From Vicugna vicugna (lineage: Eukaryota), in contig MU057887.1 in assembly GCA_013265495.1 (NCBI GenBank), forward strand, positions 3,195,576 through 3,259,575: 64,000 nt of DNA. Reading direction: 5' to 3'. A program made the translations under genes and the position numbers. The notes below the pieces were generated by a model that saw only the letters and a list, made by a program, of their open reading frames with translations, did not search any database and was not told where the DNA came from. Positions within the stretch are counted from its first letter, which is position 1; every line of letters starts with the position of its first letter. Shown piece after piece: positions 1 to 11,790 of this stretch.

Positions 1-495
1 GAAGGTCGGTGCCTGGTGAGCAGACACACATGTGCCTGCCCTGCGGTCGCCCCACAACAGAACACCAGGGCTTTCCTGGCATTTTTCTCAGATGTATTCA
101 AGAAGCAGACTCAGGAAGGCCCATCTGCAGATGCAGTCACAGTGGAGGGGCGGGGCAGGGTCTGGACACATGCATCTGGGGACACAGTCCAGTCCATGGT
201 GACGAGACAGTCAGGAAGCGAGGGTGGGGACCGGTTCTCCATGCAGGTGGAGGACGCCAAGTCAGACAGTCTTGGGAGTCAGGATTTGGAAACAAGACTT
301 TCTACACTGGCACGGCGGGGGTCCTGCCATTGTCCTTGGAGTCAGGGGCTGAGGCGGACTAGACGGGAGGCCGTACTTCAGACAAGGGAGCAGAGAGCAT
401 CGAGGACCCAGGTGGCAGGTGCAGTGGCTCCCCCAGGTTGCTGGGGAGTCACACCCAGAATGACAAGGCAGCGAAAAGGGGGTGCCTGAGCCCAG

Positions 496-872
496 CACTA
501 GGGGCTGAGTTGTGTGTCCCCCAAATTCACGTGTCAAAGTCCTAACCCGGGGACATAGAGTGTGGCTGTGTCTGGAGACGGGTCTTTATGGGGGCAGTCA
601 TGTTAAATGAGGTCACAGGTGTGGGTCCTGGTCAAACGTGACCAGCGTCCATATAAGGTGAGGAGATCAGGACACAACACACACAGAGGGATGAGCACGT
701 GGGGACGCAGGGAGAAGATGGCGTCTGCATATCCAGGAGAGAGTCTTCAGGAAGACCCAGCCCTACCAGCACCTTGGTCTCTGACTGCCCGCCTCCAGTA
801 TGCGAGATAATAAATGTGTGGTTTAAGCCCCCAGCCTGTGGTGTTTGTTACGCAGCCTGAGCTGACCAAGAC
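496..872 (+). mobile_element. MaLR solo LTR, MLT1 family (MLT1B-like)
   Basis: Colinear with the recalled MLT1 consensus from gggctgagttgtgtgtcccccaaattcac through gggagaagatggcgtctgc and ccttggtctctgactgcccgcctccag to aataaatgtgtggtttaagcccccagcctgtggtgtttgttacgcagc. Confidence 0.85.
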
Positions 873-2387
873 TGCCAAGAAGGGCCAGGTCCTAACTTAC
901 CTTTGAGTCCCCCCCCTCGGTAAACGCCTGCTGCACAGAGCCCAGTATCCTCTTGGAATGTCATGCGTCCCTCATCTGTCACCAAGGGGGTGCTCACACT
1001 TCAACAGACGTCCTCCTCCCGCTGTGTCCTCAGTACGCACTCCCCCTTCCTCCTGCTGCCACCCACTGCTGGGCCTGTTAGAGTCCGTGGCTCTGCGGGA
1101 GGCACTGGAGCCACGTCCCCGGGCAGGCTCCACCTCTGTTAGCCCACAGCCCCCACCGACGCCCACGTCTCTGCGTGGGAATGCCAGCTCCTTACTGGCC
1201 TCATCAGCGACGGCGCTCCCGAGGGACATGGGCGAGGACCATCACCTCAAGTCAAACACAGGCATCTCACTAGACGCAGGAAATGCCCTCAGACGGTTTC
1301 AGCGTTGATGATGTTTCAAGTGTTTATGGCACTGGGATGTTTTTTCTTAGCTCCACTGCCCCATCTTTTCTCCAGAAGGAATTTGCCAAAGGCGGCGATG
1401 GAATTCCCAGGGGCAAGCAGTGTAAATGCTAACAGAGGTTATAAACAGCAAGCTTTCCCAGCGCGTCCACTGTTCGGGAACAACTGAAGCCCGCCCCGTG
1501 GTTTGGGCAGAGGGGGGCCCGGAGCAGCCTGAGAATGGCCGTCATTCTCAGAGAGAGGCCGCCGGTCCCAGATGGACAGTGTCCCCTCCTCCTGGGGGAG
1601 GTTCTGCCCTTTCGGCTCTGCGGTCTTTCGAGTGTCTGGGAGGAAAGGCGGTGCCCAGGCCAGACCAAGCCCCAGACACCCACACTGAGGGCCATGCAGA
1701 GGTGGGGGCCCTGGAGCAGAGCAGTCAGGCTGTGCTCAGGGCGCCACACACACACTTGGCTCCCTTCTGTCCCCAGATGAGCTGCGGCTCAGACGATCCG
1801 ATTTGCTCGGAGGCACAACAGGCTGAATTCCTCAGCGCCTGGCAGGGAGCTCTCGGTGTGGCTGCTGGGGTCGGGGGGGACTCACTCATCCCCCGAATAA
1901 CTAAGTTGCGTCACTGGGGACGGTGGCTCCCCCAGCCCTGAGGAGACCATAGGATCCGATGGTCACGTGATCCCCTCTTCTTCCCGAGAGCCAGAGGAGA
2001 GACAAGGGAAGTGAGGGCATCTAAGTGACGGGCTGTCTCTCGCAAGAGCAGAGCCACGGCGGAGGCCGAGCTGGTGATGCCGTGACCCCGGTGCTCTCAG
2101 GCCTCCGGTCAGCTGACACGTGCACTGGACGGAGCCCCACACCTCGGAGGCTCAGCCGCTAGACCCAGCTGGCAGCAGCCGGATTTTGGCGGGGGCCTCT
2201 CCATCCCCCACCCCGACACTGCTCTTCTCAAGTTGTGTCTCTTGGGTCTTGCTTAATTCAGGGTCCCAAGTCGTTGGCAAAGCAGCTCTGTGGGGCTTGA
2301 TCAGCATGTGGGGATGTGGGCAAGCTGCATTATTATCTGATACATTTATCATGTGTGGCGTTGTACTTGTTGGTTATGAAAAATCAG

Positions 2388-2404
2388 CGGTTGCCTGGTA
2401 ACCG
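2388..2404. promoter_or_regulatory. RFX X-box-like palindromic motif
   Basis: CGGTTGCCTGGTAACCG contains GTTGCC-T-GGTAAC, matching GTNRCC(N0-3)RGYAAC, inside an AT-richer island (2300-2420). Confidence 0.4.
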
Positions 2405-2794
2405 AAATTGTCTGTCAGCTCCCAAAACCCCAAGGCTGCAGAGCCAGGCTTGCGGGTTTCTCGGGGCCGTAACTGAGGCTTCTGGGCAACGTTGAGAAAA
2501 CCTGGGAGCACCAGGGACTCAGGGGCCCTTGTTCAAAGCTGTTCCACTTAGAAAAACATCAGGTAACCGTCGTGGCTGTGGTTTGCAGCCACGATCAGCT
2601 TTAAGAGGGAAGATGAGAGGGAGTATTTCAGGCTCACGATCACCTCCACAGGGGAGAGACCGGACACACGCAGGTAACTGGTGACAGCCCACCGTCCAGG
2701 GCCCCTGGGAGACCCTGGGTCTGTGCCAGATGCTCAGATCCCGTATATTTCCCACAGCAGCCGAGCTCTGCCTTGGGCTCCGGTGTGGGTCTGG

Positions 2795-2900
2795 ATCCTG
2801 AAACCCAGTGATCTTGAAAGTGAGCTCTCTGCTCCCCAGACCTCCTGTGTGTGGTTGCTTCTCAGTGGCTTAGCCCCTCTGGGCTAGTCTCCCTGAAGAG
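2795..2900 (+). mobile_element. Degenerate MIR SINE fragment
   Basis: ctctctgctccccagacctcctgtgtgtggttgcttctcagtggcttagcccctctgggctagtctccc resembles the MIR core; highly diverged. Confidence 0.3.
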
Positions 2901-3566
2901 TCTGTGCCATTGGACACGCCCCAGTTCTGAAGCCGTTACTGAGGGAAGGACATAGAAAGCACCCTGAGGGGGAGAGCCCGCAGCCTGCCCCCCATGCCCG
3001 CTGCCCTGTAATCAGTCCTGTTCCCCCTCCTCCCATGTGGCCCCAGGTCTACCCCCAGTCTCGAGGTTCTTCCTCTTTTTCCCTTCCCTTTTTCCACCCC
3101 CACCCTGATGGCAGATTGCAGCTGGCTGAAGAGGACACAGTGCAGACAGTGGGCCCCCGCGTGGGGCCCTCAGAGTCCCCGAGGTGACATCAGTCTCACC
3201 CAAGGCAGTGAGAGTTGTGGGCGCCCGTTTCACCGAAGACTCGGCTTTAACTTTTCCAAACCTGTGACAGAAACAGCCTGCAAGCCCCCAGCTTCTGTCT
3301 CCTAAGTGTTTTCCACTAGAGCTTCCTCTGCTGCTCTTTAGGGAGAATGGGTCTTGTAAAGAGATTAACAAATTAAAATTGTGCCAATAAAATTATGTAT
3401 ATAATTCTATGCTGAATGAAGACTGTCATTGGCTTCCCAGACGTTGTTCTAAGAACTGAATGAAGTCTGGGTCGTGGGAGAGACTGTTGTGAAGATGAAC
3501 AGAACCGAGGGCTCTCCTGTGTCCTGGGACCAGGCAGCGCCCGGGCCTCCAGCTGGGGCCGCGCGG

Positions 3567-3587
3567 GGAACCGTCCTGGGTGCTGAA
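3567..3587 (-). promoter_or_regulatory. Canonically spaced RE1/NRSE-like site
   Basis: Minus strand reads TTCAGCACC-CA-GGACGGTTCC versus consensus TTCAGCACC-NN-GGACAGCGCC; one mismatch in the GGACAG core. Confidence 0.4.
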
Positions 3588-3974
3588 GGCACAGTGAGCA
3601 GGGCGGGTGGGGAACAGAACTGCCGGCAGAGCCCATGGTGTAGATGCAGGGCAGGGGCTCCCTCATCAGTCCGTTTGGGAAGCTCTCGCTGATTCCTACC
3701 CCACTGCTCACCATCCACCCACTCGCTCACCCCTCCAGTTGCCTGCGGCTCAGCCTTCAGTATCCCACCCTCCATCCTTCCAAGGCTCCCTGTGACCTCA
3801 CCTCTCCAGGCTGCCAGGAGAGCCCACCGCTGGGCACCACCAGGAACTGACTGCATCTTGTGCCCTCTCTGAGCATCCCCTGCAGACAGAGCACGATCCT
3901 GGCTCCTGGAATCTGGGTTCCAGTCGGGGCTTCACCACTCCCAGCGATGAGATCCGGTACAATTACGTGATGCT

Positions 3975-4050
3975 CTGTGATTCAGTTTCCTGTCAGTGAT
4001 GAGGATGATCCCATACGATGATTATGGGGATTAAATACACTAATGGACAC
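3975..4050 (+). mobile_element. Degenerate MIR fragment
   Basis: ttcagtttcctgtcagtgatgaggatgat...ggggattaaatac resembles MIR ctcagtttcctcatctgtaaaatgggga...gaggattaaatga. Confidence 0.35.
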
Positions 4051-5529
4051 AAACCACTGGGAGCTGTGCCTGCCACACCCTAAGCGTGGTGTGTGGCCAT
4101 TCGTCTTACTCTCAGCCTGTCCCCGACGGACGAGGATAGGCTTCGTATCTGCCCGCACTGAGCACGGCTGGGGCCTCGGCAGGTTACTCTCTACTTCCAG
4201 CATCTTCATCCACCACTCAGCTAGTGATCCTAAAACGACTCCCTTATGCTTCCCCTCCCCCACTAAAATATAAACCCCACGTTGCCTGGGACCTTGCCTG
4301 CTCCACCACGGGACCTCCGGGACATCATCCCACACATCGCAGGCACTCAGCACACAGCTGTGAAGTGGATCATAGGCTCTGCCTGACAGCAGCAGCCCCC
4401 TCACTTCTGCACAGACCACTCCCCTCTCAGGCTGACCTTTCTGGAGAGAAAAGCGTGTCCCCTTTTCTCTTCTATTCTACTTCATTTCTAGAAAATTATC
4501 TTGTTTGCTTCTTCCCAGGAAGAATTTCCTCTCTTATTTCTATTTGAAGCTTATAAACTTTGGAAAGAAACAAGCCCTACTCTTGTTAAAAAAAAAAAGC
4601 ACCCCCACAGAAATGCTGCCAATACCTGCTATGCGACATCATTAATAAATTACCACAATGTTGCAGCATCTTAAATGCTCATCTGCTCCACACCATTTGA
4701 AAGGAGCTGCGCTTTCCTGGGCTGGATGCCAGTGGCCGTCTGGTGGCCCCTGGAGCGTGTGCGGTGGGGGGGGGGGTGCCTGCTGACGGGGGTCCTTGTT
4801 CCCTCATTGGGAAAGTAATATATTGCCTTCTGTTCAATGACTCTCATCCCGAATCTGAGGTATTTCCACTCGTACCTTCCCAGAACGAACAGAGAAGCAG
4901 GAATAGTCAAGGCATTTTCCTGAAACACAGTTAAGTCTTGCTATTCCAATGCTGTATATTATACACACCATGTACATATGTTTTTAATGCAGTGGGGATA
5001 TGGCTGCATCTTCGTAACCCTCGGACAACTTGTGGTTCCACTACATGTGAAGCATGTAAGGAATTGTTTAGCAGGCAGACCTACAGCAGATCTCTAGGAC
5101 TTGAGTTTCTAGAAGCTACTGTTAAGCTGTGCTTATTAGCTCAGTGCTGTATCTGTGAATGGAAGAAAAAGCCTTTCAGAACTACTTATACTGAAATGTT
5201 TCCCATACAAACAATAAAAACGTTTTAAACAAGCTACTTGCAAGATGAATTCACGAGTGTTCTTTCACTGAATGGAATTTATCCCCAGCGTGTGGTGCAG
5301 GTGGTGAATTGTTTAACAGACCTGTAGCTTGAGTGTTTCTAAGGCTACATAGAAGCTGCCCAGAGCCCGGTGTTCTAACAGCAAATGGACTGAAAACCTT
5401 TCTGTCTGCAGGTAAAGCCTTGTTCCCGTACGAGGCATATGTAGATGCTTCTTGCAAGCTGTATGAAAGGCGTTTTTGGCACAATGTCCTTTCAGTGAAT
5501 GGAGCACATCCCCAGTGTGTGAAGACACC

Positions 5530-5670
5530 ATTACCATTCCCGGAACACTCAGGGCAAGCTCTGCTCTCACTCCTCCCGCTGCCCAGAGCGCCCGCCCCGC
5601 CACCCTCATGCTCATTCGGACTCTGGTCCGTTGCCCGCTTCCCTGAGAGTCCCTCCTTGACCACTGGTTA
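5530..5670 (+). mobile_element. L2 LINE 3' fragment
   Basis: Reverse complement ggtcaaggagggactctcaggg...ccagagtccgaatgagcatgagg...gagcagagcttgccctgag matches the typical antisense L2 tract ggtcagggaaggcctctctgagg...gagacctgaatga. Confidence 0.45.
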
Positions 5671-6287
5671 AGAAGAAGGACCCCCCTTCTGTTTCCCCAG
5701 GGCCACTTGTCACCTCTGGACGGCACTCTTGATTCACGGCCTGGTGTCTTCGTGTTTAGTTGCCACTTTAGGAGCAGCTCGTTCCACCCCAGGTGGGAGA
5801 GCAGCACCCTGGAGCAGGAAGATCCTGAGTGAGGAGCACTGAGTGCAAGCACCAAGAAAGAGGACCATGGCAGCCTCCTGCCTGCTTGCTGCGGTGGGTC
5901 CCTCGCCCCTGCAGGGCACCTGGGAAAGCCAAGTGGGCCATGGAAAGGATGCCCTAGGGCCAGGTGAGGGTCAGCCCAGGAGTTTCCTCAAAGCCCGCTG
6001 CGTCTCAGCTCTTCCAAGCCTGGGGTGAGAGTAGGTGGGGCTGAGGCACCAGGCAGCCAGATGCCGTGGAGGGGACAACGGATGGAGATTCCAAGACCAA
6101 GTGTGTCCAGCTGACCACTCAGATCTCTTCAGGGTCAGCAGTCCCAAGGAGGACCAGAGTCTGAGCCCTCTGACCTCACTGGCCAAGGTGGGGGTGGGGC
6201 ACTTAATGAGAGTGGGGGAAGTCATAGCAGAGAAGCGAGGTCCCTTCTGGGGGGCGGGCTGCGGGCAGGGGCAGACGGCCCCAGCGC

Positions 6288-6314
6288 TTCAGCACCGCAG
6301 GGCTGGACAGCTCC
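6288..6314 (+). promoter_or_regulatory. Non-canonical (gapped) RE1/NRSE-like site
   Basis: TTCAGCACC (6288-6296) + 8-nt spacer GCAGGGCT + GGACAGCTCC (6305-6314); both half-site cores match consensus. Confidence 0.5.
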
Positions 6315-6489
6315 CCTCTCCGGGAGGGAGCCACCGGGCGGCAGAGTCCACTCTCAGCAGGAGGAGGCTCAGCCCTGGCCTCCGTCCTCAAAAAAAAAAA
6401 TGTACTGTTTATTTCCACCACCTCTGGGTTAACTTGTCTCGTTTGAAGCCCCAGTTTCCACTTTAAAGTGAAGTGTAATAAGTAGCAAT

Positions 6490-6740
6490 AAAATCAGCTC
6501 ATCCTGCATTTGTTTTTTCCCAGCAAGGAGCAATCAATTACCTGAGAGGTGTTCGCGGCTGCGGATAAACGGCGACCTGGCAGGTGCAATCGGCAAAGTG
6601 TCACTTTTATTCATGGCCTCAAATCTGAGGATGGGCTTGTCTGCATTTTAATTATCGGAAAGCACTTACCACCTGTGCTTTAATGAATTGTATAAAACTT
6701 AAACACTCGCAATTATATTTTATACATGAAAGGCAGCGGG
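6490..6740. promoter_or_regulatory. Putative conserved non-coding element / enhancer
   Basis: AT-rich, non-repetitive-looking island in GC-rich DNA with GCAATAAAA, ATCAATTA, TTTAATTA and TTTAATGAATTG homeodomain-type motifs. Conservation not tested. Confidence 0.45.
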
Positions 6741-9509
6741 CATGGTACAGGGGCGCTGAGGCCTCCGGCAGAGCCGGGTTAACTTTCTTCACCCCCACCC
6801 TCCGTCCCCACCGTCGTCCCCACCCTTGCGTCCGGCCTTTGTTCCTCCGACCTTCTCCCCCGTTGTCCTCTTTGCCCTGTGAACACTCAGCTAAGAGGTG
6901 GAGATTCACGCTTCCAGCCTCACTGTCAAGGACTGCGAGCTGCCTGGGTTGGAGGGTGACCAGCAGCACAGCCGTGCTGGAGCTGACCCCGTGCCCTCAC
7001 ACAGCTGGCGATGCCCACTGCAGGCTGAAGCCACCCGGCACTGCCCCCGCCCAGCTTTTTACGTCGCCCAGCGGGGCTCCACTTCTGGGACCCCACACCC
7101 TCCTGTGGGACAGTTGTCACCAGGACGGCCGGGAAGGGGTGACTCGCTCTGTCCACCTCCCGGAGCACAGGCCACAGGGAGCCCATAAGCCCCTCACCCC
7201 CAAATTTTAAGTGAACACGTTTGATTATGTGAATAATGATTCTATTTGTGAAGCACGAAGACATCGTGACTTTATTTTTATCCAAACACATAGTGTCATC
7301 GTCACAAGTCCATCATCGAAGGCTGAGACCTGGCTAAGCCCAGCAAGCTCCTCTGATGGAGGGTTGGGGAGGCAGCACCAGAGGCAGCCTCACTTGGGGT
7401 TCAATTGGGAGAAGGAGGGGCCCAGTCAGAGGTGATGGGCGCCTCCGTCTGGAGAGGGATGCGGTCACCAGAGCTGGGATCTGGACAGGGCACTGTGGCG
7501 GGGAGACAGCAGCTGGCCCCGGGCTCAGCCTGGCAGACGCTCCAGGCCCAGGGCAGGACAACCTCTCGCTGTCCCATTTCTGCTCCCTCCCCGTCCAATG
7601 CCCGCTTTTCTATGAGTCCATGTGATGTCAGCAGTGGTGGGACGAATAGGAGGGTTTGGGCCTTGGGAAACCAGCATCGTCTGTGTCTTCCCCAGAATCG
7701 TGCTGTCCCCAGACGGGGGTTGGGGACAGAGTGACACAGCAGTGTGAGGGCCTTTCTGTCCTTTCCCTACTCAGAAAGCCCTCCGGGATTTATCTCCCCT
7801 TTTCCAGCTCACAGCCCTGAGCCCTGCCTTGTTCCCCCACCCCCCACCGCCGCTGACTGGTGACCGGCAGGGATGCTCTGTGCCCGGACCACCCAGAAAC
7901 GCCGGGCCGTGTCTCCCACTTGGCTTATTCGGGAAAAGCCACACATCTAACACCTTCTCAGATAGGCACACGTTTGCTAGTGTGAGCCAACGCCATTCCT
8001 TCAAAGCCACTTAAATAAAAGGTGAAATGACGCTTGAGTCAGAGGGTGGGTAATCGTCTGACCTCCAGGGCGCGGCCGCCAGGGGACTCGTTACCGGCCT
8101 CGGTTTGGTGCCAGGCAAGGACGTGGGGAGACGTCCAGGCCAGGAGCCCAGCTTGGAGGACCCTGCGTCTGCTTCCTCGGTGAACCTCTCTGACTCCCAG
8201 TGGCAGAGAGGCTGGGCCGGGGTGGAGAGACTGGGGGGCAGGTGTGAACTCGGATAAACCAAAACCCCCCAGTATTTTGATTGGCTGCCCCAGTTGAGAA
8301 AAATTGCTCTAGCAGCTGGAACTTTGTGCCCCAAAACTGTCAGCTTCCAGTCAATCCTAGCATCCTTGAAGGAGCACTTCTGAGTGACCGGGTGCCCTCC
8401 TGACGTGCAGAGCATCACCGCCCTCCCCTTCTTGGCAGGCTCAGGGGAGCAGCTGGCCAAGAGCAAGGCAGCCCTGGGCAAGGGTCTGAAGCCAAGGCTC
8501 CTCGCTGGACAAGATGCCTGTAGAAGCTGTGCTTCAAAACGTCTCCATCAGTGACACAGGATGCAGAGCAGAGCTCTCACGGGCTTGTCCACCGTGTCCC
8601 AGCTGCTCACAGGTGGTGTCCAGGCTCCAGGCAGGCAGTGGTCAGCTGGCGCTCACACAGATGGACCTGCTTACCTCCGGCAATACAGGTGAGAGGGAGG
8701 GATAGAGAGAGACAGAGATACGCAGGCATCAGGAAGTGGTGGTTTGGATCCAGGCCGGCAGGAGACCCAACCCTGCCCTCCCTTCCCCGTCCTGCACTAT
8801 TGCTGGAGAAACAGCCCCCAGATGTTCAGCGAGGAGCAGGGTTCAGGGAGTTCAGGGCACAGTAGTGTTTCTCATGGTTGCTTCAAGGAAGCCTCGCTGC
8901 AGGAGGCAGCCCCAGAAGGGGTAGGGACGGGGGTCCGAGCATCCCCGTGGACAGGGCCAGAGCAGTCGTGTCTCACGCGCCACATGTGTGCGTGTTTGCC
9001 TCTCTGTGTCCACTGTGAGCACCGGGCGCTGAGGTGATGCAGACACGTAGGCTGTGCTCTCCCCCCTGATTCCGGGGGCCCCACCAGCACCCCCGGAAGG
9101 CACGCTGTGCTCAGTAAGGGCGGCACAGAGAACACAAAAGCTCTTCGATACGCTCACACTTGCCGGCGTCACCGTGTTTGAGGGCAACCTTCTCCAGGAA
9201 GCTGGCTGCGCGGATTGGAAGTTGACGCAGGTGCCCTGCAGGTGGGGTACGCAGAACCCCCGCACACCTCGCCTCAGCCTGCCCAATGCCTCCCGAGACC
9301 CAGGAGGATCAGGATCTGGTCCCTGCCTAACCATCTGCACGAATAAAGCCAGGAGGGAGGGAGGGAGGGCCCTGCGGCCGCGGGAGGCCTCACCGCTCCC
9401 CTGTCGCCCGATTCACGAGATGCACAGTCAGCAGGGATGGTGCTTTGCAGGTGATGCGGGCAGCGTGCGCCACGGTCATCGCAGCTCAGGTCACTAGGTT
9501 TCCACTTTC

Positions 9510-9760
9510 CCCCGCGTACTGTTATGGCTTATTGTTTATCAACATGAACCCAAGTGGGAGGAAGTGATATTAAGCACGATCTCCTCCGCTTTCTGTGCTC
9601 CAACCAGGGGCCCTGTCGGTAAACAGCGCGTCTCCCATTAAGCATCGCTGCCCTTACGAGCTGTTACCAGTGAGGTTCGCACACCCGGGGGCCTCGGGGG
9701 CCCCTGGCTCACCGGCCGAGCAGCCGGTGGGTCTATTAAGTCATTAATAGCTTAGCTCCT
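9510..9760. promoter_or_regulatory. Putative enhancer-like element
   Basis: Contains TGTTTAT (FOX-like), GAGGAAGT (ETS-like), GTAAACA and several ATTA/TAAT cores; not a recognised repeat. Confidence 0.3.
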
Positions 9761-10669
9761 TAGCTTCAGGCTCTCTGGTGGGGAGGAGGGCGATTTCCCA
9801 AGTTCCCCGGAGGAGAGAGAGGCAGGGGGCGGAGGAGAGTCAGCAGGAGGAGTCCAGGTGCCGGGGTCTCCTCGCTGGAACTGACACCCCCAGGGGGCCT
9901 GGCAGGCTCCTGGGTCCTGGGTCCTTTGTCCTCTGGAAAGGGCAATGCTTCGTAAAAGCTGGATACTGAGTGACAGGCAGGAGTGATGGGGCCTGGGGAA
10001 AAGCGGAGCAGGGGCCTGACGCAGCCCCTGGGCCACAGGGCGGCGTCAGACGGGGCTGCGGAGGAGCAATGGGGGGGGGACGGTGTTTCGGCACAGCCGT
10101 TCCTCCCGGCACTCCGGGGGCAGTTTGCATTCTCCAAACTTCAAATCCCAGGAGAAATGAGTTGAAAACGAGAGAAGAGAGAGGAAAGCATTGCAGCTCT
10201 CCTCCAGAGTCAGAGCGAAGCCGCCAGCGCAGGGCTGGGAAGGGTGGGAGGGGGCCGGGCGAGGCCGGGGCCAGAGGGAGCCCGGAGGGGCTGGGGGTGA
10301 AGGTCCAGGGGGACGTTCCTGGGACCCGGGTTGGAGGCTCTGGGAGGACCTGGCGGGCAGGCCTGCTTGCATGACGCCGAGCGGCCAGTGTGTGCTCCCA
10401 GCCCTGTCTGCTGCTCATACGTCATCCTTGCAAAATAAGACGCATATGAATGTATTTATATATAAAATGTGCATTATATACAAACCGTGTGAGTGGGGTC
10501 AGAAATAGGTTCTGGGAGCAGAGGCCATCCTTTTGGCCATTTGGACTCCAGCCCAGGTGTGCCCAGCCAGGAGGGCGGAGTGCTTCCGGAGCGGGTTTGC
10601 TCACTGCTGGGCTCTGCTCTCCTAAACACGCCGAGGTGGGAGGTTCGTCAGAAGGCGTGGACCCTGCGA

Positions 10670-10790
10670 AACGTGAAATCAGAGTGGATCCAACACCTGG
10701 ATGACCAGGAGAAATGTCAGTTTCAACAGCAGAATCAAGATCAGGATGAGCAGACAGAAGGCACTTCAGTCCTGACAAGAAAGGGAAGCA
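10670..10790 (+). mobile_element. Possible ancient L1 (L1M) ORF1-region remnant
   Basis: aatcagagtgg...caacacctggatgaccaggagaaatg resembles L1ME aatcagaatgg...caacactggaagccagaagacaatg; purine-rich. Confidence 0.3.
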
Positions 10791-11534
10791 GTGCAACGGG
10801 GTGACCGTCCCCTTGCTCTTTCCCCAGCCTGCTGACCTGGCCCGCCCTGCCGTCAACGCCCCGGACACGCGGTGCCCTCCAACCTCGGGCCTGCCCATGA
10901 CTTGGTGCCTCTGGCCCGGCCACACTGTTTCTATATATTTTTGGCCTCAAACCCCAGACCAGGGTTTGGAGGGCGACAGGGACGGCGTGCCTCTGCGGGT
11001 TTCCTTCTGCTTTGGAGAACGTGTGCTTGGTTTGTCTTATTCCTGCCCCTGTCAGGGTGGGGGCAGCGGTGGGAGGATGTGCGTGGCCAGGGCAGGCGGT
11101 GGGCGAGGCTGGCAGGGAGCCAGCTCTTCGGGCCACTCTCCTGGGTCCCCGCTGAGTGAGGGTTCGCTGCCATGTGCCACCCTCTCAGGGCTGCAGGGCA
11201 CCCAGGGGTTCGGCTAAGCCTTGTCCTGGGGGTGCCTGTAGCTGTGCCCCCGAGATCAGCATCTGGGGACTGAGAAAAGCAGGTGCTGCCCCAGCGGAGG
11301 GGCGGGGTGGCAGGGCTCGCCCGACCCACTGACGGTCTGGACAGGACAGAGAGCGGGAGGAGGGAGCGCTCGCCCCGGCCGAGCGCGTGAGCTGGGACAG
11401 GGGCCCCCCGCCCGTGGGCTGGGGCTCGCGCCCCTGGCCGCGCTGGGTGTCCCGCCTGACGGGGGCAGGCAGGGGACTTCTCAGCCTCCACGGTTGTTTG
11501 AGCCAGTTCCTGTAACAGACTTCTCTGCACAGAC

Positions 11535-11790
11535 GTGTGTCTGTGTCTGTTTCCCTGTCCGTCTCTGTGTCTGCAGTGCGTCTGTGTCCATGCCTGTACC
11601 TATGACGTATCTGTCTCTGTGTGTAACTGCAACTGTATCTGCGTCTTTTTATGTAGCTGTGTCTGTATCTGCGTCATGGTCTGCAGTGTCTCTGTGTCCA
11701 TGCCTGTGTCTGTGGCGTAGCCGTGTCTACATCTTTATCCACATCTATATCTGTGTCTGTATCTGTAACTGTGTCTGTATCTACATCTGC
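11535..11790. repeat. Degenerate hexamer tandem repeat (TGTGTC/TGTATC)n
   Basis: Directly visible 6-bp periodicity: gtgtctgtgtctgt...gtatctgtaactgtgtctgtatctacatctgc. Confidence 0.85.

Noticed and set aside
1362-1430. Acceptor plus short frame KEFAKGGDGIPRGKQCKC* as a terminal coding exon
   Set aside because: No recognisable homology, no upstream partner exon and no nearby poly(A) signal.
10493-10804. Protein-like ORF (…NVKSEWIQHLDDQEKCQFQQQNQDQDEQTEG…) as a host exon
   Set aside because: No convincing splice sites, and the DNA resembles an ancient L1 ORF1-region remnant.
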